Assembly (NCBI GenBank): GCA_964016885.1
Contig: OZ024744.1
Coordinates: 124,744,001 to 124,808,000 of the forward strand
DNA: 64,000 nucleotides
Reading direction: 5' to 3'
From: Eledone cirrhosa
Lineage: Eukaryota
Within the stretch, counting starts at the first letter, position 1; each line of letters begins with the position of its first letter. Below the pieces are notes generated by a model, which saw only the letters and a list, made by a program, of their open reading frames with translations, did no database searches and had not been told where the DNA came from. This document shows positions 50,434 to 64,000 of this stretch, one piece after another. The position numbers and the translations under genes were made by a program.

Positions 50434-51368
50434 CCCACGATAGAAGACGTTCGTTACCGCTGGAGCAACGCAAATTACTCCTCGGTTGACGCCAAAAACG
50501 AACGCCTTCTCGACGGCTAGCCGCATTTCGTGATCCGCCTTTCGATTGCGCTTCCGTCGCGGAAAAAGAATTGCCTTTATAGGCCGCCGCCGCCGCCCGA
50601 CCGGACCCACGATAGAAGACGTTCGTTACCGCTGGAGCAACGCAAATTACTCCTCGGTTGACGCCAAAAACGAACGCCTTCTCGACGGCTAGCCGCATTT
50701 CGTGATCCGCCTTTCGATTGCGCTTCCGTCGCGGAAAAAGAATTGCCTTTATAGGCCGCCGCCGCCGCCCGACCGGACCCACGATAGAAGACGTTCGTTA
50801 CCGCTGGAGCAACGCAAATTACTCCTCGGTTGACGCCAAAAACGAACGCCTTCTCGACGGCTAGCCGCATTTCGTGATCCGCCTTTCGATTGCGCTTCCG
50901 TCGCGGAAAAAGAATTGCCTTTATAGGCCGCCGCCGCCGCCCGACCGGACCCACGATAGAAGACGTTCGTTACCGCTGGAGCAACGCAAATTACTCCTCG
51001 GTTGACGCCAAAAACGAACGCCTTCTCGACGGCTAGCCGCATTTCGTGATCCGCCTTTCGATTGCGCTTCCGTCGCGGAAAAAGAATTGCCTTTATAGGC
51101 CGCCGCCGCCGCCCGACCGGACCCACGATAGAAGACGTTCGTTACCGCTGGAGCAACGCAAATTACTCCTCGGTTGACGCCAAAAACGAACGCCTTCTCG
51201 ACGGCTAGCCGCATTTCGTGATCCGCCTTTCGATTGCGCTTCCGTCGCGGAAAAAGAATTGCCTTTATAGGCCGCCGCCGCCGCCCGACCGGACCCACGA
51301 TAGAAGACGTTCGTTACCGCTGGAGCAACGCAAATTACTCCTCGGTTGACGCCAAAAACGAACGCCTT
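50434..51368. repeat. 172-bp tandem repeat, copy B (5 full copies plus a partial)
   Basis: ORF ends at 50610, 50782, 50954, 51126, 51298. Confidence 0.92.
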
Positions 51369-51716
51369 CCGGTTCGGGCGACGTAAAAGTCTGTAGCCTT
51401 TTCGACGATTATCCGCCTTCCGAACAACCGCCTTTCCGCCGTCACAGCAGTAGGTACTCGTCCGTCGTAATAGCCGTCATTTTAATGCAGGAGAAACGCC
51501 TAAATGCACTGCGATTGACGACGATCTACGACGCGCTTACTCTTCCTTGCTGCGACGAAGGTTTCGTTCGGCTTTTCGTCGTGGACCCGGTCAGGTCATG
51601 CCGCTGATCTCGCGTTGCGTCGTTACCGCTGGAGCAACGCAAATTACTCCTCGTTTAACGCCAACATCGAACGCGCTTCGGTTCTCGGTCGTCGTTGTTT
51701 TGTTTCGTGCGGAAGA

Positions 51717-51902
51717 TACCTGGGTGATCCTGCCAGTAGTCATATGCTTGTCTCAAAGCTTAAGCCATGCAAGTGGAAGTTCATGCCGTAAACGAAAATG
51801 GTGAAACCGCGAATGGCTCAGGAACCGGATCTAATCCTCGGGACCGTATTCCTCACCGCGAGGAGAGGATAACTGTGGCAATTCTAGAGCTAATACATGC
51901 AA
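51717..51902 (+). pseudogene. 18S rRNA 5'-terminal fragment, copy B
   Basis: Same sequence as 10259-10444. Confidence 0.95.
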
Positions 51903-51907
51903 TTGAG

Positions 51908-54900
51908 ATCGGAGAGGGAGCGATCCGTCTGCTTGATTCCGATAACGAACGAGACATTCGTATCCGAAAGAACGTTTGTCTGGAAACTGGTGAGTCAGTG
52001 AGTCGAAAAAAAAATATCTCGGTGGTAGTAGCAAATATTCGTATGCGAAAGAAAAGATCTCGGTGGTAGTAGCAAATATTCGAACGAGACATTCGTAGGC
52101 GAAAGAAAAATATCTCGGTGGTAGTAGCAAATATTCGAACGAGACATTCGTATGCGAAAGAACGTTTGTCGGTGGTAGTAGCAAATATTCGAACGAGACA
52201 TTCGTATGCGAAAGAACGTTTGTCGGTGGTAGTAGCAAATATTCGAACGAGACATTCGTATGCGAAAGAACGTTTGTCTGGAAGTGGCGATCCATGCCCG
52301 GTGGATAGTTGGTTCCGGGTTTTACTATGATTGTTGCAAAACAAAAACTTAAAGGGATTGACAGAATTTGCGATTCCGGAGAGAGGGCGATCCGTCTGCT
52401 TGATTCCGATAACGAACGAGACATTCGTATCCGAAAGAACGTTTGTCTGGAAACTGGTGAGTCAGTGAGTCGAAAAAAAAATATCTCGGTGGTAGTAGCA
52501 AATATTCGAACGAGACATTCGTATGCGAAAGAACGTTTGTCGGTGGTAGTAGCAAATATTCGAACGAGACATTCGTATGCGAAAGAACGTTTGTCTGGAA
52601 GTGGCGATCCATGCCCGGTGGATAGTTGGTTCCGGGTTTTACTATGATTGTTGCAAAACAGAAACTTAAAGGGATTGACAGAATTTGCCATTCCGGAGAG
52701 GGGGCGATCCGTCTGCTTGATTCCGATAACGAACGAGACATTCGTATCCGAAAGAACGTTTGTCTGGAAACTGGTGAGTCAGTGAGTCGAAAAAAAAAAT
52801 ATCTCGGTGGTAGTAGCAAATATTCGAACGAGACATTCGTATGCGAAAGAACGTTTGTCGGTGGTAGTAGCAAATATTCGAACGAGACATTCGTATGCGA
52901 AAGAACGTTTGTCTGGAAGTGGCGATCCATGCCCGGTGGATAGTTGGTTCCGGGTTTTACTATGATTGTTGCAAAACAGAAACTTAAAGGGATTGACAGA
53001 ATTTGCGATTCCGGAGAGAGGGCGATCCGTCTGCTTGATTCCGATAACGAACGAGACATTCGTATCCGAAAGAACGTTTGTCTGGAAACTGGTGAGTCAG
53101 TGAGTCGAAAAAAAAATATCTCGGTGGTAGTAGCAAATATTCGTATGCGAAAGAAAAGATCTCGGTGGTAGTAGCAAATATTCGAACGAGACATTCGTAG
53201 GCGAAAGAAAAATATCTCGGTGGTAGTAGCAAATATTCGAGCGAGACATTCGTATTCGAAAGAACGTTTGTCTGGAAGTTGCGATCCATGCCCTGTGGAT
53301 AGTTGGTTCCGGGTTTTACTATGATTGTTGCAAAACAGAAACTTAAAGGGATTGACAGAATTTGCGATTCCGGAGAGGGGGCAATCCGTCTGCTTGATTC
53401 CGATAACGAACGAGACATTCGTATCCGAAAGAACGTTTGTCTGGAAACTGGTGAGTCAGTGAGTCGAAAAAAAAAATATCTCGGTGGTAGTAGCAAATAT
53501 TCGAACGAGACATTCGTATGCGAAAGAACGTGTGTCGGTGGTAGTAGCAAATATTCGAACGAGACATTCGTATGCGAAAGAACGTTTGTCTGGAAGTGGC
53601 GATCCATGCTCGGTGGATAGTTGGTTCCGGGTTTTACTATGATTGTTGCAAAACAGAAACTTAAAGGGATTGACAGAATTTGCGATTCCGGAGAGGGGGC
53701 GATCCGTCTGCTTGATTCCGATAACGAACGAGACATTCGTATCCGAAAGAACGTTTGTCTGGAAACTGGTGAGTCAGTGAGTCGAAAAAAAAAATATCTC
53801 GGTGGTAGTAGCAAATATTCGAACGAGACATTCGTATGCGAAAGAACGTTTGTCGGTGGTAGTAGCAAATATTCGAACGAGACATTCGTATGCGAAAGAA
53901 CGTTTGTCTGGAAGTGGCGATCCATGCTCGGTGGATAGTTGGTTCCGGGTTTTACTATGATTGTTGCAAAACAAAAACTTAAAGGGATTGACAGAATTTG
54001 CGATTCCGGAGAGAGGGCGATCCGTCTGCTTGATTCCGATAACGAACGAGACATTCGTATCCGAAAGAACGTTTGTCTGGAAACTGGTGAGTCAGTGAGT
54101 CGAAAAAAAAATATCTCGGTGGTAGTAGCAAATATTCGAACGAGACATTCGTATGCGAAAGAACGTTTGTCGGTGGTAGTAGCAAATATTCGAACGAGAC
54201 ATTCGTATGCGAAAGAACGTTTGTCTGGAAGTGGCGATCCATGCCCGGTGGATAGTTGGTTCCGGGTTTTACTATGATTGTTGCAAAACAGAAACTTAAA
54301 GGGATTGACAGAATTTGCGATTACGGAGAGGGGGCGATCCGTCTGCTTGATTCCGATAACGAACGAGACATTCGTATCCGAAAGAACGTTTGTCTGGAAA
54401 CTGGTGAGTCAGTGAGTCGAAAAAAAAATATCTCGGTGGTAGTGGCAAATATTCGAACGAGACATTCGTATGCGAAAGAACGTTTGTCGGTGGTAGTAGC
54501 AAATATTCGAACGAGACATTCGTATGCGAAAGAACGTTTGTCGGTGGTAGTAGCAAATATTTGAACGAGACATTCGTATGCGAAAGAACGTTTGTCTGGA
54601 AACTGGTGAGTCAGTGAGTCGAAAAAAAAATATCTCGGTGGTAGTAGCAAATATTCGAACGAGACATTCGTATGCGAAAGAACGTTTGTTTGTGGTAGTA
54701 GCAAATATTCGAACGAGACATTCGTATGCGAAAGAACGTTTGTCTGGAAGTGGCGATCCATGCCCGGTGGATAGTTGGTTCCGGGTTTTACTATGATTGT
54801 TGCAAAACAGAAACTTAAAGGGATTGACAGAATTTGCGATTCCGGAGAGGGGGCGATCCGTCTGCTTGATTCCGATAACGAACGAGACATTCGTATCCGA

Positions 54901-57900
54901 AAGAACGTTTGTCTGGAAACTGGTGAGTCAGTGAGTCGAAAAAAAAATATCTCGGTGGTAGTAGCAAATATTCGAACGAGACATTCGTATGCGAAAGAAC
55001 GTTTGTCGGTCGTAGTAGCAAATATTCGAACGAGACATTCGTATGCGAAAGAACGTTTGTCTGGAAGTGGCGATCCATGCCCGGTGGATAGTTGGTTCCG
55101 GGTTTTACTATGATTGTTGCAAAACAGAAACTTAAAGGGATTGACAGAATTTGCGATTCCGGAGAGGGGGCGATCCGTCTGCTTGAATCCGATAACGAAC
55201 GAGACATTCGTATCCGAAAGAACGTTTGTCTGGAAACTGGTGAGTCAGTGAGTCGAAAAAAAAATATCTCGGTGGTAGTAGCAAATATTCGTATGCGAAA
55301 GAAAAGATCTCGGTGGTAGTAGCAAATATTCGAACGAGACATTCGTAGGCGAAAGAAAAATATCTCGGTGGTAGTAGCAAATATTCGAACGAGACATTCG
55401 TATGCGAAAGAACGTTTGTCGGTGGTAGTAGCAAATATTCGAACGAGACATTCGTATGCGAAAGAACGTTTGTCGGTGGTAGTAGCAAATATTCGAACGA
55501 GACATTCGTATGCGAAAGAACGTTTGTCTGGAAGTGGCGATCCATGCCCGGTGGATAGTTGGTTCCGGGTTTTACTATGATTGTTGCAAAACAAAAACTT
55601 AAAGGGATTGACAGAATTTGCGATTCCGGAGAGAGGGCGATCCGTCTGCTTGATTCCGATAACGAACGAGACATTCGTATCCGAAAGAACGTTTGTCTGG
55701 AAACTGGTGAGTCAGTGAGTCGAAAAAAAAATATCTCGGTGGTAGTAGCAAATATTCGAACGAGACATTCGTATGCGAAAGAACGTTTGTCGGTGGTAGT
55801 AGCAAATATTCGAACGAGACATTCGTATGCGAAAGAACGTTTGTCTGGAAGTGGCGATCCATGCCCGGTGGATAGTTGGTTCCGGGTTTTACTATGATTG
55901 TTGCAAAACAGAAACTTAAAGGGATTGACAGAATTTGCGATTACGGAGAGGGGGCGATCCGTCTGCTTGATTCCGATAACGAACGAGACATTCGTATCCG
56001 AAAGAACGTTTGTCTGGAAACTGGTGAGTCAGTGAGTCGAAAAAAAAATATCTCGGTGGTAGTGGCAAATATTCGAACGAGACATTCGTATGCGAAAGAA
56101 CGTTTGTCGGTGGTAGTAGCAAATATTCGAACGAGACATTCGTATGCGAAAGAACGTTTGTCGGTGGTAGTAGCAAATATTCGAACGAGACATTCGTATG
56201 CGAAAGAACGTTTGTCTGGAAACTGGTGAGTCAGTGAGTCGAAAAAAAAATATCTCGGTGGTAGTAGCAAATATTCGAACGAGACATTCGTATGCGAAAG
56301 AACGTTTGTCGGTGGTAGTAGCAAATATTCGAACGAGACATTCGTATGCGAAAGAACGTTTGTCTGGAAGTGGCGATCCATGCCCGGTGGATAGTTGGTT
56401 CCGGGTTTTACTATGATTGTTGCAAAACAGAAACTTAAAGGGATTGACAGAATTTGCGATTCCGGAGAGGGGGCGATCCGTCTGCTTGATTCCGATAACG
56501 AACGAGACATTCGTATCCGAAAGAACGTTTGTCTGGAAACTGGTGAGTCAGTGAGTCGAAAAAAAAATATCTCGGTGGTAGTAGCAAATATTCGAACGAG
56601 ACATTCGTATGCGAAAGAACGTTTGTCGGTGGTAGTAGCAAATATTCGAACGAGACATTCGTATGCGAAAGAACGTTTGTCTGGAAGTGGCGATCCATGC
56701 CCGGTGGATAGTTGGTTCCGGGTTTTACTATGATTGTTGCAAAACAGAAACTTAAAGGGATTGACAGAATTTGCGATTCCGGAGAGGGGGCGATCCGTCT
56801 GCTTGAATCCGATAACGAACGAGACATTCGTATCCGAAAGAACGTTTGTCTGGAAACTGGTGAGTCAGTGAGTCGAAAAAAAAATATCTCGGTGGTAGTA
56901 GCAAATATTCGAACGAGACATTCGTATGCGAAAGAACGTTTGTCGGTGGTAGTAGCAAATATTCGAACGAGACATTCGTATGCGAAAGAACGTTTGTCTG
57001 GAAGTGGCGATCCATGCCCGGTGGATAGTTGGTTCCGGGTTTTACTATGATTGTTGCAAAACAGAAACTTAAAGGGATTGACAGAATTTGCGATTCCGGA
57101 GAGAGGGCGATCCGTCTGCTTGATTCCGATAACGAACGAGACATTCGTATCCGAAAGAACGTTTGTCTGGAAACTGGTGAGTCAGTGAGTCGAAAAAAAA
57201 ATATCTCGGTGGTAGTAGCAAATATTCGAACGAGACATTCGTATGCGAAAGAACGTTTGTCGGTGGTAGTAGCAAATATTCGAACGAGACATTCGTATGC
57301 GAAAGAACGTTTGTCTGGAAGTGGCGATCCATGCTCGGTGGATAGTTGGTTCCGGGTTTTACTATGATTGTTGCAAAACAGAAACTTAAAGGGATTGACA
57401 GAATTTGCGATTCCGGAGAGGGGGCGATCCGTCTGCTTGATTCCGATAACGAACGAGACATTCGTATCCGAAAGAACGTTTGTCTGGAAACTGGTGAGTC
57501 AGTGAGTCGAAAAAAAAAATATCTCGGTGGTAGTAGCAAATATTCGAACGAGACATTCGTATGCGAAAGAACGTTTGTCGGTGGTAGTAGCAAATATTCG
57601 AACGAGACATTCGTATGCGAAAGAACGTTTGTCTGGAAGTGGCGATCCATGCTCGGTGGATAGTTGGTTCCGGGTTTTACTATGATTGTTGCAAAACAGA
57701 AACTTAAAGGGATTGACAGAATTTGCGATTCCGGAGAGGGGGCGATCCGTCTGCTTGATTCCGATAACGAACGAGACATTCGTATCCGAAAGAACGTTTG
57801 TCTGGAAACTGGTGAGTCAGTGAGTCGAAAAAAAAATATCTCGGTGGTAGTAGCAAATATTCGAACGAGACATTCGTATGCGAAAGAACGTTTGTCGGTG

Positions 57901-58040
57901 GTAGTAGCAAATATTCGAACGAGACATTCGTATTCGAAAGAACGTTTGTCTGGAAGTTGCGATCCATGCCCGGTGGATAGTTGGTTCCGGGCTTTACTAT
58001 GATTGTTGCAAAACAGAAACTTAAAGGAATTGACAGAATT
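51908..58040 (+). repeat. rRNA-derived chimeric satellite, copy B (17 monomers)
   Basis: ttggttccggg...gaaacttaaagg segments at 52309, 52626, ... 57664, 57981. Confidence 0.93.
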
Positions 58041-58065
58041 TTCGAATCGACATCAACTCGGCTAC

Positions 58066-58415
58066 GGCTATCCCGTCGAGTACGAGAGTATCGCGGGATC
58101 AGAGCAACGGTTTGCTAGGCTGCCTCTGAGCGATAACGGCTGAACGCCTCCTCTAAGCCGGAACCCTAGCCGGACCCGAGTTGTTTTTCGACAAGCGTCT
58201 CGACCTTCTTAAGGCCCATGCCTTAGTTTGGCGATTGCCGTCCGTTCGCCGACGGCGGCAGCGTCAGCGGAAATGCCATTCTGTGACGACTACGACGATT
58301 CGTCGTCGTCGTCGTCCATTCGATTTCCTGAAAGAGATAGAGACTAAAGTGATCAAATTGTTCGGAGTTACGTGCTTAGTAGAGCAGCTACCACACTGCA
58401 ATCTATTGAGAGTTT
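58066..58415 (+). pseudogene. 28S rRNA 3'-terminal fragment, copy B
   Basis: Same sequence as 13786-14135. Confidence 0.85.
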
Positions 58416-59900
58416 TCTGACGAACGATACAATCCGCCCACGTGGCGCCAGAAAGGGAGAAGAAAAGAAAAGTTAGACGCCGCCGATCGATCGGTTCGTT
58501 GTTTTACGTGTACACAGCTTGTGTGTGTGTCTGTATGTGATACAAGCCGCCTATCCGTCTTCCAAGTAAGTTTTGTGTGTAGACTGCGGAAAGAAATCCA
58601 ATCCGCCGTCTAGGCGGTTCTGCCGCCGACCCATACTTTTGCGAGTCGCTCCCGGGAAAGACAGGCGGCAAGACGGCGTGTATACACGACGCCTTCCGTC
58701 TTCCGCCTCGAACCCGGGCAAACGTTCCTTTATTCGTCCACGCCTTCCCGCTTCGATCGCGAGAAAGTAATCAATCTGTTTTGTGTGTGTGTCTGTGTGT
58801 GATACAAATTTGTTTTCTTAATTTGATAACCATGAATTGTTTCAACACCGGCCCTTTTAAGGGCCACTTATATTTTCAATAATCAGTTTAAATGGGTTGC
58901 ACCGTAGCCACTTGGTAATACACTGCAAATCTCCCGTCAATCTATGAAGGTTTTGTAGTAGATTAGATCAAAACACAATCAGCAAGACAGTAATGGAATG
59001 AATAATATAAACATTTGTTTATAATTAAAGCCTTAAGATGTCCCTCCCTCCCTCCCTTCCTCCCTTCCTTCCTTCCTTCCTTCCTTCCTTACGATATACA
59101 CTTTAATAACATTGAAACTTATTTAATAAGTTTAAATTTTAAACACTTTTTATTCAGACGTACCGCGATAAGTAACTAGATATGTTCTAACGAATAATCC
59201 GCGATGTGGCGAGGATTACCGCGATAGGAAATTAGATACGTTCCAAAGAAATATCCGCGAAAAGTGAACCGCGATATAGCGGGTTCACCAGCCAGTGTAT
59301 TACTGGTACTTTATTTTATCGACCCCCATAAGGATGAAAGGCAAAGTTAACTGTGCAATAACAAAGGGAGATAACCTCGTCTTTTTTTTTTTACGGAGTT
59401 ATTTCCCTTTAAATTTTATCTATTACTTATGATGATACAATTTAATCAGTTCTTAGCTGTCGAGACACTGCATCCTTTAAAACCTCCATGGAACAAGCTA
59501 CCTGCAACAGTTGTTAGCTGTCGAGACACTGCATCTTTTAAAACCTCCATGGAACAAACTACCTGCATCAGTTGTTAGGGTCTGAGTTCAAATCACGCCG
59601 AGGAGGTTAACTTTGCCTTTCATCCTTACGGGGTCGGTCGGAAAACGAACCATTCCCGGTTCGCTTTCGAAGCGGGTTTCCGAAAACAGCGCTTCTCTCG
59701 ACCGGGCCCGTCGTCCGCTCGGCGGTGGTTTTCATCGTCCCAGGCACGGCTAACAGGCGGAGACGGGACAAACGCGCGTGTTCCTTTTTTTATCAGCCGC
59801 AGCGCCGTTCGTATATATGCTTAGGTTGTTTTTTTTTTAAATATCCTAAGTTAAGTTGGGGCTAAGTTAAGTTGGGGTTAAGTTAGGTTGCGGTTAAGTT

Positions 59901-62900
59901 ACATTCGCCGCCGGACTTCAGCTTCCTCATTTAGCATGGGCAGTCTTTCTTGAAAATCACACCACACACAGCAAATGTGTGTCCGCACATGTACCAGTAA
60001 TTACAGATCGATTCCGGTGAAAATTCACTGAAAACGGGCCATCCGGCCCTGTGCGTCGATCGTGGGCCGGCCGGATGTTGACGGATCGATGTGTAATTAG
60101 AAGTACATGTGCGGACACTCATTGGCTGTGCGTGGTATGCATTTCAGCAAGATATCTCCGTAACATCAAGAGTTATGGCTGTGGAGGCACACCTAGTCAA
60201 ACGTAAACAAGGTCTGGAGCGTTTACGCTTCGCGATTTTGTTTACGTTTGACTAGGTGTGCCTCCACAGCCACAACTCTTGATGTTACGGAGATATCTTG
60301 CTGAAATGCATACCGCGCACAGCCAATGAGTGTCCGCACATGTACATCTAATTACACATCGATCCGTCAACATCCGGCCGGCCCACGATCGACGCACAGG
60401 GCCGGATGGCCCGTTTTCAGTGAATTCTCACCGGAATCGATCTGTAATTACTGGTACATGTGCGGAGACACATTTGCTGTGTGTGGTGTGATTTTCAAGA
60501 AAAACTGCCCATGCTAAATGAGGAAGCTGAAGTCCGCCGGCGAATGGTGTGCTTCGAAGAAAACTAATTCGAAAATGACCGTTTGCAGGCGGAGTAACCT
60601 TTTCGATCGTGGGCCAGCCGCCCGTGGTGGGATCCATCTGTAATTACTGGTACATGTGCGGACATACATTTGCTGTGTGCGGTGTGATTTTCAAGAAGAA
60701 CTGCCCATGCTAAATGAGGAAGCTGAAGTCCGCCGGCGAATGGTGTGCTTCGAAGAAAACTAATTCGAAAATGACCGTTTGCAGGCGGGGTAACCTTTTC
60801 GATCGTGGGCCAGCCGCCCGTGGTGGGATCCATCTGTAATTACTGGTACATGTGCGGACACACATTTGCTGTGTGTGGTGTGATTTTCGAGAAAGACTGC
60901 CCATGCTAAATGAGGAAGCTGAAGTCCGCCGGCGAATGGTGTGCTTCGAAGAAAACTAATTCGAAAATGACTATTTGCCGGCGGAATCACCTTTTCGGTC
61001 CTGGTCCGGCCGGATCTTGCCGGATCGATCGGAAATTTGTGGACCATGTTCGGAAGGCCATTGTGCATGTGTGGTGAAAAAAATTTGTGTCGAAATCTTC
61101 TCGGAAAATAACGGATCGCCGGCGGAGATTGCCATTTCGATCGTGGGCCGGCCGGATCTTGTCGGATCGATTCGGACATATGTGCATCGTGTTCGCAAGG
61201 CCCTTGTCTATGTGTGGTGTGATTTTCATAAAGAAATTCCGAAAAACCCAGTTTTAAATCTGATTTCGCCAAAGAATTTTGGCTATCAGATCGGGTTGAA
61301 AGGTATGGTTTCAGGTCGATCTGAAAGTCTAAAATGGAATTCATTCGGTTAGCTAACTATTGATATATCGGAGATATCTTTCTGAAAATCACACCACACA
61401 CTCCCAATGAGGGTCTGCACATGTACCAGTAATTACAGATGGATCCCACCACGGGCGGCCGGCCCACGATCGAAAAGGTTACTCCGAAGCACACCATTCG
61501 CCGGCGGAATTCATTTAGCATGGGCAGTTTTTCTCGAAAATCACACCACACACAGCCAATGAGTGTCCGCACATGTACCAGTAATTACAGATGGATCCCA
61601 CCACGGGCGGCTGGCCCACGATCGAAAAGGTTACTCCGCCTGCAAACGGTCATTTTCGAATTCGTTTTCTTCGAAGCACACGATTCGCCGGCGGACTTCA
61701 GCTGCCTCATTTAGCATGGGCAGTTTTTCTCGAAAATCACACCACACACAGCAAATGTGTGTCCGCACATGTACCAGTAATTACAGATCGATTCCGGTGA
61801 AAATTCACTGAAAACGGGCCATTCGGCCCTGTGCGTCGATCGTGGGCCGGCCGGATGTTGACGGATCGATGTGTAATTAGAAGTACATGTGCGGACACTC
61901 ATTGGCTGTGCGTGGTATGCATTTCAGCAAGATATCTCCGTAACATCAAGAGTTATGGCTGTGGAGGCACACCTAGTCAAACGTAAACAAGCTCTGGAGC
62001 GTATACGCTTCGCGATTTTGTTTACGTTTGACTAGGTGTGCCTCCACAGCCACAACTCTTGATGTTACGGAGATATCTTGCTGAAATGCATACCACGCAC
62101 AGCCAATGAGTGTCCGCACATGTACTTCTAATTACACATCGATCCGTCAACATCCGGCCGGCCCACGATCGACGCACAGGGCCGGATGGCCCGTTTTCAG
62201 TGAATTTTCACCGGAATCGATCTGTAATTACTGGTACATGTGCGGACACACATTTGCTGTGTGTGGTGTGATTTTCACGAAAAACTGCCCATGCTAAATG
62301 AGGAAGCTGAAGTCCGCCGGCGAATGGTGTGCTTCGAAGAAAACTAATTCGAAAATGACCGTTTGCAGGCGGAGTAACCTTTTCGATCGTGGGCCAGCCG
62401 CCCGTGGTGGGATACATCTGTAATTACTGGTACATGTGCGGACATACATTTGCTGTGTGCGGTGTGATTTTCAAGAAGAACTGCCCATGCTAAATGAGGA
62501 AGCTGAAGTCCGCCGGCGAATGGTGTGCTTCGAAGAAAACTAATTCGAAAATGACCGTTTGCAGGCGGGGTAACCTTTTCGATCGTGGGCCAGCCGCCCG
62601 TGGTGGGATCCATCTGTAATTACTGGTACATGTGCGGACACACATTTGCTGTGTGTGGTGTGATTTTCGAGAAAGACTGCCCATGCTAAATGAGGAAGCT
62701 GAAGTCCGCCGGCGAATGGTGTGCTTCGAAGAAAACTAATTCGAAAATGACTATTTGCCGGCGGAATCACCTTTTCGGTCCTGGTCCGGCCGGATCTTGC
62801 CGGATCGATCGGAAATTTGTGGACCATGTTCGGAAGGCCATTGTGCATGTGTGGTGAAAAAAATTTGTGTCGAAATCTTCTCGGAAAATAACGGATCGCC

Positions 62901-64000
62901 GGCGGAGATTGCCATTTCGATCGTGGGCCGGCCGGATCTTGTCGGATCGATTCGGACATATGTGCATCGTGTTCGCAAGGCCCTTGTCTATGTGTGGTGT
63001 GATTTTCATAAAGAAATTCCGAAAAACCCAGTTTTAAATCTGATTTCGCCAAAGAATTTTGGCTATCAGATCGGGTTGAAAGGTATGGTTTCAGGTCGAT
63101 CTGAAAGTCTAAAATGGAATTCATTCGGTTAGCTAACTATTGATATATCGGAGATATCTTTCTGAAAATCACACCACACACTCCCAATGAGTGTCTGCAC
63201 ATGTACCAGTAATTACAGATGGATCCCACCACGGGCGGCCGGCCCACGATCGAAAAGGTTACTCCGAAGCACACCATTCGCCGGCGGAATTCATTTAGCA
63301 TGGGCAGTTTTTCTCGAAAATCACACCACACACAGCCAATGAGTGTCCGCACATGTACCAGTAATTACAGATGGATCCCACCACGGGCGGCTGGCCCACG
63401 ATCGAAAAGGTTACTCCGCCTGCAAACGGTCATTTTCGAATTCGTTTTCTTCGAAGCACACGATTCGCCGGCGGACTTCAGCTGCCTCATTTAGCATGGG
63501 CAGTTTTTCTCGAAAATCACACCACACACAGCAAATGTGTGTCCGCACATGTACCAGTAATTACAGATCGATTCCGGTGAAAATTCACTGAAAACGGGCC
63601 ATTCGGCCCTGTGCGTCGATCGTGGGCCGGCCGGATGTTGACGGATCGATGTGTAATTAGAAGTACATGTGCGGACACTCATTGGCTGTGCGTGGTATGC
63701 ATTTCAGCAAGATATCTCCGTAACATCAAGAGTTATGGCTGTGGAGGCACACCTAGTCAAACGTAAACAAGCTCTGGAGCGTATACGCTTCGCGATTTTG
63801 TTTACGTTTGACTAGGTGTGCCTCCACAGCCACAACTCTTGATGTTACGGAGATATCTTGCTGAAATGCATACCACGCACAGCCAATGGGTGTCCGCACA
63901 TGTACTTCTAATTACACATCGATCCGTCAACATCCGGCCGGCCCACGATCGACGCACAGGGCCGGATGGCCCGTTTTCAGTGAATTTTCACCGGAATCGA
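59901..64000. repeat. Palindromic satellite, copy B (1780-bp period)
   Basis: Symmetry centres at 60224, 62004 and 63784. 1780 = 1584 + 196. Confidence 0.95.

Larger units (their letters stand above)
41464..64000. repeat. ~41.5-kb tandem macro-repeat unit, copy B (partial, runs off the window)
   Basis: Colinear near-identical copy of the first ~19.5 kb of copy A, with rare substitutions and different VNTR lengths. Confidence 0.97.

Overview
Eukaryotic, repeat-dominated DNA with no host protein-coding gene visible. The repeat content (tRNA-type SINEs, RTE/CR1/Dong LINE debris, TA/CA microsatellites, CCCTAA tracts) suggests a mollusc, probably a cephalopod; this is inference only. The window holds about 1.5 copies of a ~41.5-kb tandem unit (position 1 = 41464). 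Each unit carries a hollowed-out rDNA-like transcription unit: CCCTAA tract, 172-bp GC-rich repeats, ETS-like leader, the exact 18S 5' end (~185 nt), then a tandem array of a ~318-bp monomer stitched from non-colinear conserved 18S and 28S fragments (10 vs 17 copies), then the 28S 3' terminal region. No 5.8S or ITS is recognisable. Downstream lie a G-rich 16-bp repeat and an ~8-kb array of 1584/1780-bp units built around ~1-kb palindromes. The only long real ORF is a stop-free CR1-group LINE ORF2 (37122-39887, minus). It has no AUG before the endonuclease domain and sits in the -1 frame behind a GGGAAAC slippery heptamer at the ORF1 stop. All family assignments come from motif recognition, not database searches.
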